A stretch of DNA of 64,000 nucleotides from the IMG/VR virus record IMGVR_UViG_3300025874_000005, positions 64,001 to 128,000 of that record. One strand, written 5' to 3'. The position numbers and the translations under genes are program-made. This stretch comes from a virus. A model generated the notes under the pieces. The model saw nothing but the letters and a program-made list of their open reading frames with translations, was not told the origin of the DNA and made no database searches. Shown here piece by piece: positions 29,989-39,086 of this stretch. Numbering within the stretch: the stretch's first letter is position 1; each line of letters opens with the position of its first letter.

Positions 29989-30434
29989 TAAATTGGAAAT
30001 ACCAACAAAAAGAAATATTAGAATTCTCTGACTTCCCAGAGTTAACCCATGGTTTTGTATATAGGATAATCCATACACCTACTAAAAAATCTTATATAGG
30101 TAGGAAAATATTACAAAATACTTCTAAAGTAAAATTAGGTAAAAAAGAAATAGCAGAATATGCTGGAGTAGTAGGCCGTAGACCATCTTATAAACTAGTT
30201 GTAAAGGAATCAAATTGGAAAAATTATTGGGGTTCAAATAAATATTTGAATGAGTTATATAAAACAGAACCTAAAGAAAATTTTGAACGACAAATTTTAA
30301 CATTTGCCCCCTCCAAAAAATTACTTACTTATTATGAAGTAAAGTATCAAATGATTTATCAAGTTTTAGAAACACCCGATGAATTTTTTAATGATAATAT
30401 TTTAGGAAAGTTTTATACAAAAGATTTTAACTAA
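29985..30434 (+). CDS. GIY-YIG family nuclease
   Basis: GFVYRI...SYIGRK...WKNYWGS...YYE...FFNDNI. Confidence 0.8.
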   Translation: MINWKYQQKEILEFSDFPELTHGFVYRIIHTPTKKSYIGRKILQNTSKVKLGKKEIAEYAGVVGRRPSYKLVVKESNWKNYWGSNKYLNELYKTEPKENFERQILTFAPSKKLLTYYEVKYQMIYQVLETPDEFFNDNILGKFYTKDFN

Positions 30435-30472
30435 CCGTTGATATCTAAATTTAGTTTCGTATATTATACTCC

Positions 30473-31405
30473 ATGATTAATGAACTATTAGTAAGTTTAG
30501 TAAATTCCGTTATAGGTGCGGGTAAACGAACAGCTAGAGGCAACCAAGCCCATAACTGTCCGTATTGCAACCACCATAAACCAAAATTAGAGATTAATTT
30601 TTCTGAAAATAAAAAAGGATATAATCCTTGGCATTGTTGGGTTTGTAATAAAAAAGGAACTAAAATCACGTCTTTATTCAAACAAGTTAAAGCATCCCCT
30701 GAAAAATTTACAGAATTATATAAGTTAATAGGAAATGAAAAGGAACGTAAAACTGTAATAAATACAACCTTACTAAAACTTCCTGAAGAATATAAATCAT
30801 TTAAAGATATAACATCATCAGACATTGAGGGTAGACAAGCTGCTTACTATTTAAAAAGCAGAGGTATTACTAAAGATGATATTGAAAAATATAACATAGG
30901 ATATTGCACATCAGGAAGATACTCAAAAATGGTTATAATACCTTCTTATGATGAATCTGGAAATTTAAATTATTTTACAGGTAGATCTTTTGAAAAAGAA
31001 CCATATATTAAATATCGTAATCCTGAAACCTCACGTGATGTCATCCCATTTGAATTGTTTATAAATTGGAAATTACCGTTAATATTGTGCGAAGGACCAT
31101 TTGACGCCATAGCCATTAAAAGAAATGCAATACCGTTATTAGGCAACAATATACAACAAAACCTAATGAAACGGATTGTAACATCAACAGTTGAAAAAAT
31201 ATACATAGCATTAGATAATGACGCATTAAAAAAATCTTTAAAATTTGCAGAAAAATTTATTAATGAAGGCAAGGAAGTTCATCTAGTTGAACTTGAAGGG
31301 AAAGACCCTAGCGAAATGGGATTTACCCATTTTACTAACCTAATACAAAAATCCATTCCTCTAACACAATACGCCTTAATGGAAAAAAAATTATCTCTAG
31401 TATGA
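30473..31405 (+). CDS. DNA primase (zinc finger + TOPRIM)
   Basis: CPYC...HCWVC; YFTGR; CEGPFDA; LDND; KDP. Confidence 0.9.
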   Translation: MINELLVSLVNSVIGAGKRTARGNQAHNCPYCNHHKPKLEINFSENKKGYNPWHCWVCNKKGTKITSLFKQVKASPEKFTELYKLIGNEKERKTVINTTLLKLPEEYKSFKDITSSDIEGRQAAYYLKSRGITKDDIEKYNIGYCTSGRYSKMVIIPSYDESGNLNYFTGRSFEKEPYIKYRNPETSRDVIPFELFINWKLPLILCEGPFDAIAIKRNAIPLLGNNIQQNLMKRIVTSTVEKIYIALDNDALKKSLKFAEKFINEGKEVHLVELEGKDPSEMGFTHFTNLIQKSIPLTQYALMEKKLSLV

Positions 31406-32172
31406 GTAAAAAAACAATTAAAAAGTCCTATAATAGGATTTTAGAAATTTCGGAAGATGCTAAACAAATTACACTCCCAGATTCAAGGTATTATCAAAGA
31501 AATGGTGATTATTACCCATCAATTACTTATGTTTTAAGTTGTTATCCAAAAGGTAAACATTTTCAAGATTGGTTAAAAAAAGTAGGATACAGTGCTGATT
31601 GGATTGTAAGAAAAGCAGGTGAAGAAGGTACTCAAGTACATGAAATGTGTGAGGATTATCTTAATGGTAAAGAGTTAAACTTTTTACAAAACGGAATCCC
31701 AATGTATGACACCTTAGTATGGCAAATGTTTTTAAGATTTGTAGATTGGTGGGAAACATACAACCCAACACTAATTGAAACTGAAGTTCATTTATTTTCA
31801 GATGAAATCAAAGTAGCAGGTACTTGTGATATGGTTTGTGAAATTGATGGTGAGTTATGGATTATTGATTTTAAAACTTCTAACCACTTACAAACTACAT
31901 ATGATCTTCAAACCGCAATTTATGGTAAATGTTATGAAGAATGTTTTGGTAAAAAAGCAGATAGATATGGGGTTTTATGGTTAAAATCCTCTAAAAGAGG
32001 TCCTAAAGAAGGATCAATGCAGGGTAAAGGATGGGAAATGTATGAATCAAAACGTTCACAAGATGAAAATATTAATATATTTAATACTGTAAAACAATTA
32101 TTTGATTTAGAAAATCCTAAACATAAGCCAATATTCACCGAATTTAGAACGCAAGCTAAAAGAAAATTGTGA
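31402..32172 (+). CDS. PD-(D/E)XK exonuclease (RecB/Cas4-like)
   Basis: YPSIT, GTQVH, E...AGTCD, IIDFKTS, LQTAIY. Confidence 0.85.
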   Translation: MSKKTIKKSYNRILEISEDAKQITLPDSRYYQRNGDYYPSITYVLSCYPKGKHFQDWLKKVGYSADWIVRKAGEEGTQVHEMCEDYLNGKELNFLQNGIPMYDTLVWQMFLRFVDWWETYNPTLIETEVHLFSDEIKVAGTCDMVCEIDGELWIIDFKTSNHLQTTYDLQTAIYGKCYEECFGKKADRYGVLWLKSSKRGPKEGSMQGKGWEMYESKRSQDENINIFNTVKQLFDLENPKHKPIFTEFRTQAKRKL

Positions 32173-32196
32173 TATTTATAATAAAATATTCAATTT

Positions 32197-32994
32197 ATGA
32201 TTTCACTAATTAAATTATTAAAAGAAGCTATAGCAGAGCCAAAGGCCATTATATTAGCAGGAGCACCAGGAGCTGGTAAAGGATACATTTTAAGAGGTTT
32301 AGATTTAGGTGGTATAAAAATACTAAATGTAGATGATATTTATGTCCCCCTATTACAAAAAGCTAATGTAACATTAGATTTAAAAAATGCTACTCCTGAA
32401 GAAAGAAGTGAGCAAGCTAAACAAATGGCTGCTGCAAATAAACAATTTAAAGGAGATGTAGAAGCTACTATAGAAGGCAAAGAATCTTTTATTTTAGATG
32501 GAACAGGAGCTTCATATAATCAAACTGCTAAATTAAAAAATGAATTAGAAGAAGCAGGATACAAAGTATTTATGCTTTATGTTTATACTGATTTAGAACG
32601 CTCACTATCTCAAAACCAAGACAGATATGAAAAATCAGAAGGTAAAGATAGAAGTTTAGCACCTGCTATTGTAATGCGTACATGGAAAAGTGTAACAGAT
32701 AATTTACCTAAATATGCTGAATTATTTGGTAATAATTTTGTAGCTGTAGCCAATACATTAGATAATAGAATGCAAAATATAGATAAAATAATAAAAAAAT
32801 ATCTTACTCCATTTAAACCTGAAGGAACAAAACCAAAAACACCAAAAGAACAAGCTAAATCAGACGCTAGAAAGGCTAAAGATAAAGAAGAGATTCAAAT
32901 TATGCTAGATGATGATTTTGTATATGATGTAATTGAATATACAATGTCTAAAGAAGAAGCACAGATGCGAATAGGTAAATTCTTAAATTCATGA
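32197..32994 (+). CDS. zeta-toxin-like P-loop kinase
   Basis: GAPGAGKG Walker A, NVDD, ILDGTG, lid R...R; N-terminal MISLIKLLKE leader. Confidence 0.75.
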   Translation: MISLIKLLKEAIAEPKAIILAGAPGAGKGYILRGLDLGGIKILNVDDIYVPLLQKANVTLDLKNATPEERSEQAKQMAAANKQFKGDVEATIEGKESFILDGTGASYNQTAKLKNELEEAGYKVFMLYVYTDLERSLSQNQDRYEKSEGKDRSLAPAIVMRTWKSVTDNLPKYAELFGNNFVAVANTLDNRMQNIDKIIKKYLTPFKPEGTKPKTPKEQAKSDARKAKDKEEIQIMLDDDFVYDVIEYTMSKEEAQMRIGKFLNS

Positions 32995-34997
32995 GTAAGG
33001 TAATAGCAGCATATGGTGGTGGTTTTAAACCACCCACTAAAGGACATTTAGAAGTAGTTAAAAAAGCTTTAGAATCTCTTCCTGAAATAGATGAATTTAT
33101 TATTTATGTTGGGAGTAAGGAAAGAAATGGGGTAAGTCAAGCTGAAGCTATTTTAATTTGGGATATATTTAAAAAATATCTCCCTATGAAAGTCAGAATT
33201 GAACCTGCAAAATCACCAATTGGTGATATTGTTCGTTTAGGAAAAAATAACCCTGAGGATGAAGTTTATTTTATTATAGGAGGAAGAGAAGGAAGAGATG
33301 ATGATTTAGAAGATATTGAAAATAGAACTAAAAACATAGAATCCGCTTATCCTAATATGAAAGTAAAAGTACAATTTACACAAGATAAAGGTATGAGTGG
33401 AACTAATGCTAGAAAAGCAGCAAAAATGTCAACTGATGAATTATCACCATTTCTACCTGATGAGTTAGATGATAGTGAAAAAGAAGAAGTATTTAATATC
33501 TTAAGACCAGTAATTAAAGAAGAAATTACCAAACCCCAATTAGATTCAATTGAAAAATATGCTGATAGTTTATTTAATAAATTAGGAATTGATATTGAGT
33601 TTACAAAACATTTCTTAGATAGGGTAAATGATGAAAGAAATATTAAACCTATATCAGTACCAGAATTAGTAGGGATGTTTAAACGTTTACATAGAAAACA
33701 CGGTAAACCTTTATCCAAAATAGACGATGATTTTAATGCTGTTGTTAAGGATTTTAATAATAATATTAATATACCATTTGCTATAAATGTAACTGATGAT
33801 GATATTGAAATGTATGCCAAAACAGTAATGCGTAAAAAAGATTTCAAAACCTCAACTCCTGTTATTGCCCTTAATGAAAACGCTTCATATACTAAAGATA
33901 TTAATCTTATTGAAAAATTAGCTCAACTAACTCAACATATGTTAGATAAAGGCATGAACATAGAACCTTTACCTAGTTTAGAATTTGTTAATGGTGATAG
34001 TGAAAATGCACGCGAATTTCTTGGTAAGACAGCGTATTATGACCCAAACACACAAACTATAGTATTATATACTGAAGGTAGACATCCTAAAGATATAGCG
34101 CGTAGTTACACTCATGAAATGATTCACCACATTCAAAATTTAGAAGATAGATTAGGTAATATTACTACAACAAACACTCAAGAAGATGATGAGTTAAATG
34201 ATATTGAAGCAGAAGCTAATTTAAAAGGCACAATGACATTTAGAAATTGGACTGATAGTTTAAATGAGGTTGTTGTAGGTAACAAAATTGAATGTGATAA
34301 GTGTGGTTGGAGTTGGAAAATAGCAGATGGTGGAGATGATTTATTTATATGTCATAAATGTGGGAACAATAATAAGCCTATAAATGAAGTAAAACCTTAT
34401 AAACATAAACATGGTTTTGATGACAAATTAGGCAAAGATCCCTTTGGTTTAAACCAATTTGCTAGAGAAATAGCCGAAGGAGTTTTGATACCCGAAGAAG
34501 AGGTCGTATCTTCACCCCCTATGGAATATAAAATATACTCAGACATGGATGGTGTGTTAACAGATTTTGACAAATCATTCGAAAAATACTCAAAAGGAAT
34601 ACCACCTAGAGAGTATGAAAAGAAATTTGGTAAAGATGGTTTTTGGAAATTAATTGATGGTGAAGGTAAAGTTGGATTTTGGGTAGGAATGCCTTGGATG
34701 GAAGATGCTAAACAGTATTGGGATTATATTAAAGATTACGATGTAGAGTTATTATCTTCTCCATCTAGATCTGAAACATCAAGATTAGGTAAAAGATTAT
34801 GGGTTAGAAATAATATGCCGGGCATTAAATTAACTTTAGCACAAGCTTATAATAAGAAAAATTATGCTGAACCTAATCATATATTAATTGATGATAGAGA
34901 ATCAAATATAGAACAATGGAAAGAAGCAGGTGGAATAGGCATATTACACACATCAGCAGCTGACACTATTAACCAACTTAAAGCATTAGGATTATGA
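32991..34997 (+). CDS. multidomain protein: nucleotidyltransferase + unknown domain + zincin peptidase + Zn ribbon + HAD 5'-nucleotidase
   Basis: GGFKPPTKGH/SGT; FTKHFLDRVND; HEMIHH..EAEA; CDKC..CHKC; DMDGVLTDF..LIDDRESN. Confidence 0.8.
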   Translation: MSKVIAAYGGGFKPPTKGHLEVVKKALESLPEIDEFIIYVGSKERNGVSQAEAILIWDIFKKYLPMKVRIEPAKSPIGDIVRLGKNNPEDEVYFIIGGREGRDDDLEDIENRTKNIESAYPNMKVKVQFTQDKGMSGTNARKAAKMSTDELSPFLPDELDDSEKEEVFNILRPVIKEEITKPQLDSIEKYADSLFNKLGIDIEFTKHFLDRVNDERNIKPISVPELVGMFKRLHRKHGKPLSKIDDDFNAVVKDFNNNINIPFAINVTDDDIEMYAKTVMRKKDFKTSTPVIALNENASYTKDINLIEKLAQLTQHMLDKGMNIEPLPSLEFVNGDSENAREFLGKTAYYDPNTQTIVLYTEGRHPKDIARSYTHEMIHHIQNLEDRLGNITTTNTQEDDELNDIEAEANLKGTMTFRNWTDSLNEVVVGNKIECDKCGWSWKIADGGDDLFICHKCGNNNKPINEVKPYKHKHGFDDKLGKDPFGLNQFAREIAEGVLIPEEEVVSSPPMEYKIYSDMDGVLTDFDKSFEKYSKGIPPREYEKKFGKDGFWKLIDGEGKVGFWVGMPWMEDAKQYWDYIKDYDVELLSSPSRSETSRLGKRLWVRNNMPGIKLTLAQAYNKKNYAEPNHILIDDRESNIEQWKEAGGIGILHTSAADTINQLKALGL

Positions 34998-35206
34998 GTA
35001 AATTAAATACACTAGCTGGGGGATATAAGGGGGGATCACCAAGATTAAGAAGTAATAATACTCCAAAACCCTTTATTGGAGACCCACCAAAACAGGTAGA
35101 TGTAGAACAATTATCAAATTATCTTAAACAATTATATAGTGGGGGTAATTTATCAAAAGAAGGTGTACAAGTTATTATTAAAGAATTAAATAAATTAGTT
35201 TTATGA
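34994..35206 (+). CDS. hypothetical protein
   Basis: ATGA overlaps on both sides. Confidence 0.55.
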   Translation: MSKLNTLAGGYKGGSPRLRSNNTPKPFIGDPPKQVDVEQLSNYLKQLYSGGNLSKEGVQVIIKELNKLVL

Positions 35207-35778
35207 GTAAAGTACAAGGTCTAAATAAACAATTTACTGAAAGAGATGTAAATAGAATGCGTAACCTTATCCAAGGAAAACACGGTGAAAAAGTAGGTCA
35301 GAGTGTGGGTTATGCTAAACATGATAAAGATTATAAAGAAGGTGATGTTTGGGAAGTAGATGGTAGGATGTGGACTATTAAAGAAGGTATTAAACAAAAT
35401 ATTACCAAATTAGATAAAGCAAAAAAAGCACACATAATGCCTATTTTTTGCCCTAATTGTGGGTCTAAAATGCATACAGATTTAGATAAACCCTACTACA
35501 ATATACATAAAAAATGTTTTAATTGTGTTGTTGAGTTTGAACATCATTTAAGAGTAGCAGGTTTATATGAAGCTTATGAGTCTAAAATCATCAACTCAGA
35601 AATAGATAATTTTGTTAATGAATTTAAAGCTTATATAGAAGCTGAGTTAGTATTATCTAATAAAGGTTTTATTACAGAACAGGGCGATGTTGAAAGTTGG
35701 GTAGGGGCTCCTAATAAATCAAAAGTATTAGAAGGATTAAATAAAACTATCGAACATTTAAATAATCTTAAAAAGTAA
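35203..35778 (+). CDS. hypothetical zinc-ribbon protein
   Basis: EGDVWE..G..WTIKEGIKQ; CPNCG...CFNC. Confidence 0.7.
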   Translation: MSKVQGLNKQFTERDVNRMRNLIQGKHGEKVGQSVGYAKHDKDYKEGDVWEVDGRMWTIKEGIKQNITKLDKAKKAHIMPIFCPNCGSKMHTDLDKPYYNIHKKCFNCVVEFEHHLRVAGLYEAYESKIINSEIDNFVNEFKAYIEAELVLSNKGFITEQGDVESWVGAPNKSKVLEGLNKTIEHLNNLKK

Positions 35779-35809
35779 CATATTTTTATATATTTATAAC
35801 TAAAAATCA

Positions 35810-37357
35810 ATGGATAATTTTAATATCACTAAGTGGAATAGAAACCGCTATCTTAATGAAGGTCAAATAGACGAATATGGGGAATATAGATCTCGAGAAA
35901 TAGAATTAGGAAAAGAATTAGATTCTCAATTTAATGATTATAACCCTAACATTTCATTACAAATGTATAGTGGTGACAGACCAGATTCAGACCCATTAAA
36001 AGGCAAAGGCTTTGGTTCTATAACATTTAGTGTTAGAGAAGAACTTGATCCTAATGATTGGAATAAAGCATTAAAGTGGGTAGAATCTAAAGGATTTGAA
36101 ATAGAATCAGAATCTAATTGGTATGAAATGGAATATGATGGAGATAGAGCATGGTACCCAAAAATAAAATTTCAATTTAATGTAGCAGATTTTCCAATCA
36201 ACGAAGGGATGAGTAAAGCAGGCATCAAAAAACAAATCAAAGATGCAGAAGAAATATTAGATAGTGGTGAAGCTAATGGTGAACCTTTAACTTCTGAAAC
36301 AGAAATGTTAGTACAGAAAGAACTTAAAAGACTACTTTCACTATACAAATCAGTTAACGAAATGGATATAAATGACCCAGTACTCGTAAAAATAAGAGCT
36401 GCTAAAGATAGAACTGATAAAATACTATCCCAACCTAAATCAGATTTCGGTAAAGAATATGGTGATGCTGTTAAAAAAGCTCGTGGTGGTAATAATAATG
36501 ATACTAAACTTAGATTTCTTAAGAAAGAAAGAGATCAATTAATGCGTGATATGGAGCAAGAAGCTGAACCAGAAGGTGGACCAATTGCTGATGAATATGG
36601 TAGTAAACTAAACCGTATAGATAATGCAATTGCTAAACTATCAGGTAGAAAAGAAATGACTTATGACCAAGCAATAGCTGAAGGTAAAAAAATAGGAAAA
36701 AATTCATATAAAACTAGAACTGCTATAAACACAGCACCTGGAAAAACAGAAGATAAAGAAGTAATAATTGATAACATAAGTGATCTTGATAATGTTACTA
36801 TTAGATGGAGAGGAACTAACCATCATGGTAATAAAACACTTACAAATTTAAAATTTAAACAAGAATCTAAAGGTGATGATGATTTAATGGCAATATCAAA
36901 TGATGATAAATGGCTATTTATAGTAGATAGGGATGACGACACAGGGGAGATAGATTGGAATACTTTAATCGTAGATAGTAGAGAATTAGAACAAGACGAT
37001 GGTAGCTATGCCGTAGATTCTGAAGATAGAATAAATACTAAAGAATCAATAGATGAAAGTGCTTCAACAGAAGAAAAAAGAATTGCCTTACGTGCTATTA
37101 AAAGTATAGCTAAGTATAGAGGTGTTAGTGAAGATGAAGCAAAACGAGATCTTACTAGAGCAATTGAACAGTTAGGTAGTTTAAAAGAAGCAATTAAAGA
37201 TATTAAAGAAACTACTGAATTAGGAAAAAATCTAACTGAAGAACTTTGTGCTAAAGGTAAAGCATATAGAAAGAAAAGAATGGCAGCTGGTGAGAAATCA
37301 TCTGCTTACTTGAATGGTCGTGCTGTTAAAGTATGTAAAGGTCAAATGAAAGGGTAG
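35810..37357 (+). CDS. modular putative head-internal protein
   Basis: Segments delimited by LNE/INE/VNE/IAE/IDE/LTE; basic C-terminal module LCAKGK...SAYLNGRAVKVCKG. Confidence 0.65.
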   Translation: MDNFNITKWNRNRYLNEGQIDEYGEYRSREIELGKELDSQFNDYNPNISLQMYSGDRPDSDPLKGKGFGSITFSVREELDPNDWNKALKWVESKGFEIESESNWYEMEYDGDRAWYPKIKFQFNVADFPINEGMSKAGIKKQIKDAEEILDSGEANGEPLTSETEMLVQKELKRLLSLYKSVNEMDINDPVLVKIRAAKDRTDKILSQPKSDFGKEYGDAVKKARGGNNNDTKLRFLKKERDQLMRDMEQEAEPEGGPIADEYGSKLNRIDNAIAKLSGRKEMTYDQAIAEGKKIGKNSYKTRTAINTAPGKTEDKEVIIDNISDLDNVTIRWRGTNHHGNKTLTNLKFKQESKGDDDLMAISNDDKWLFIVDRDDDTGEIDWNTLIVDSRELEQDDGSYAVDSEDRINTKESIDESASTEEKRIALRAIKSIAKYRGVSEDEAKRDLTRAIEQLGSLKEAIKDIKETTELGKNLTEELCAKGKAYRKKRMAAGEKSSAYLNGRAVKVCKGQMKG

Positions 37358-37358
37358 T

Positions 37359-37895
37359 ATGAAAGATTTAAAAATAATACAAGAATTTTTTTCTAAACCT
37401 ATCTATGAAAATGAAATAGATAGTTTAGGTGATGCTTTAGCTGATGAAATAAAAGATACCTTAGAAGATAAAAAAGATGAATTAAAAGAAATAGTTGATC
37501 CTATAACAATTTTATCTACAGTATTAGCTAGCACAACATTAATCAACATTATAGCTAAATTCTCAGGTAAAATATTTAAAAAATATAATTTTGGTAAAGG
37601 TGAAGAAGCAGCTAAAAAAATCTATGATTTTACTCATAAATTAGAACAAGATTTTAAGGGACCCATTAAACGTGTAGTTTCATTATTTTCTAAAGATCCA
37701 AAAACAATAAAATTGGTAACTGATGGTTTATATGCTTTATTAATTTTAAGTTTAGGTGTTAAAGCCGGTAGTGGAGCAGTACAAAGTTTATCAAAAGGTA
37801 ATATAGCATCAGGAACCATTAGTGGTTTAAAGGCAGCTTTAAAAGGTAAAGATTTAACTACACTAATTAAAGATATAGCAGGAGCAGTAACATGA
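37359..37895 (+). CDS. putative head-internal protein with hydrophobic helices
   Basis: IQE/IYE/LKE sites near the N-terminus, then two hydrophobic/amphipathic segments. Confidence 0.55.
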   Translation: MKDLKIIQEFFSKPIYENEIDSLGDALADEIKDTLEDKKDELKEIVDPITILSTVLASTTLINIIAKFSGKIFKKYNFGKGEEAAKKIYDFTHKLEQDFKGPIKRVVSLFSKDPKTIKLVTDGLYALLILSLGVKAGSGAVQSLSKGNIASGTISGLKAALKGKDLTTLIKDIAGAVT

Positions 37896-38182
37896 TAACA
37901 GAAGAAAGAGTATATGAAATAGTTAAAGAATCCTTACGTGATTGGTTTAAAAAAGAAAATTGGGTAAGAATTAACACATCAGGTAATATTGCAGGTGATT
38001 GTGGTACTATGAAAAAAGGAAAGGCCACTACCAGATGTTTACCTAAGAAAAAAGCTCAATCTTTGTCAAAATCAGAAAGAAAATCTACAGTTGCTAAGAA
38101 AGTTAGGGGTAGTAAAAAAGGAAAACAATTTGTAAAAAATACAAAGTCCGCAAAATATCGAAAAGGAACGTATGAGAAATAA
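37892..38182 (+). CDS. small basic protein
   Basis: VKE followed by a K/R-rich domain (LRDWFKKENWV...CG...RCLP). Confidence 0.6.
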   Translation: MITEERVYEIVKESLRDWFKKENWVRINTSGNIAGDCGTMKKGKATTRCLPKKKAQSLSKSERKSTVAKKVRGSKKGKQFVKNTKSAKYRKGTYEK

Positions 38183-38230
38183 TTTTTACATATTTATAAT
38201 AAAATTAATCAACAGAAAAATACAAATATA

Positions 38231-38893
38231 ATGAAAAAATCGGAATTAAAAGAAATCATCAAAAGTCAGTTTTTAGCTGAAGCTGATGACTCTAAAAAAG
38301 GAAACAGCGAAGAACAAAAACGAATGGAAGGTGCCATTCGTGATGATAGAGATCACATTAAAAATCTTGAAAAAGACATTAAAGATAACGAAGAAAAATT
38401 AGCTAAATTAAAGAAAGACTTTAAAAAAGATGTTAATGAAGCTGAGGATGTTGATGTTGAAGATAATGAAGATATTGATGTTGAAGATAATGAAGATATT
38501 GATGTAGATATTGAAGATGATGTTAACATTGATGATGAATCATCCAAATCAGAAATTGAAGTTGATTCAGAATTAGCAGGTGAAGATTCTGATGTAGCAG
38601 CTATATTAGGTCTTTTAACTAAGGCACAAGAAGAAGCTAAAGGTTTAGGAGATGAAAAACTATTAGACCAAATAGGAAATACAATTACTTATTATACTAG
38701 AGCACACGTTGTAGCTACTAATGAAGAACAAGGAATGGATCCTGAAAGATTCGTAGGTTCGGGTGGTGATGAAGTTGATTCTGATAGTATAGTTAATGTA
38801 ACAAAAGACAACCCAGCTGAAGATGCTGAGATTGGATTTGCATTAGATGAGTCAATTCAAAGATTTGCTAAATTAGCAGGATTAGAAAAATAA
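38231..38893 (+). CDS. acidic prohead-core-like protein
   Basis: MKKSELKEIIK leader; C-terminal RFAKLAGL matches the scaffold's RFKKLAGI. Confidence 0.65.
   Translation: MKKSELKEIIKSQFLAEADDSKKGNSEEQKRMEGAIRDDRDHIKNLEKDIKDNEEKLAKLKKDFKKDVNEAEDVDVEDNEDIDVEDNEDIDVDIEDDVNIDDESSKSEIEVDSELAGEDSDVAAILGLLTKAQEEAKGLGDEKLLDQIGNTITYYTRAHVVATNEEQGMDPERFVGSGGDEVDSDSIVNVTKDNPAEDAEIGFALDESIQRFAKLAGLEK
38453..38505 (+). repeat. 24-bp tandem repeat (DVEDNEDI x2)
   Basis: GATGTTGAAGATAATGAAGATATT twice, plus a partial copy. Confidence 0.8.
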
Positions 38894-38928
38894 ATAAAAA
38901 CAGTTATTAACAAATAAAATTTATAAAA

Positions 38929-39084
38929 ATGGACACAAAAGAATTATTAGAAGGAATTAAAGAACAAGTATTATTAATTGAAGCAGAATTAGAAAAAACA
39001 AGTGCTGCCGCAAAGGGTAGATGTAGATCTGCTGCCAATAAAATTAAAAACTTATCTGCTGATTTCAAAAGAAACCATAAATAG
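38929..39084 (+). CDS. histone H1-like (Hc1-like) protein
   Basis: MDTKELLEGIKEQVLLIEAELEKTSAAAKGRCRSAANKIKNLSADFKRNHK*, matching the Bacteroidetes Hc1-like pattern (K..AA..R.R..A..I..L...F). Not in the track. Confidence 0.6.
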   Translation: MDTKELLEGIKEQVLLIEAELEKTSAAAKGRCRSAANKIKNLSADFKRNHK

Positions 39085-39086
39085 GA

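Noticed and set aside
29985-30434. GIY-YIG gene as an intron-borne homing endonuclease
   Set aside because: Free-standing; neither neighbour looks split; no intron-sized non-coding flanks or C-terminal DNA-binding repeats.
31402-32172. Cas4-like gene as part of a CRISPR-Cas system
   Set aside because: No other cas genes or array; coupled to primase as a typical phage replication/recombination exonuclease.
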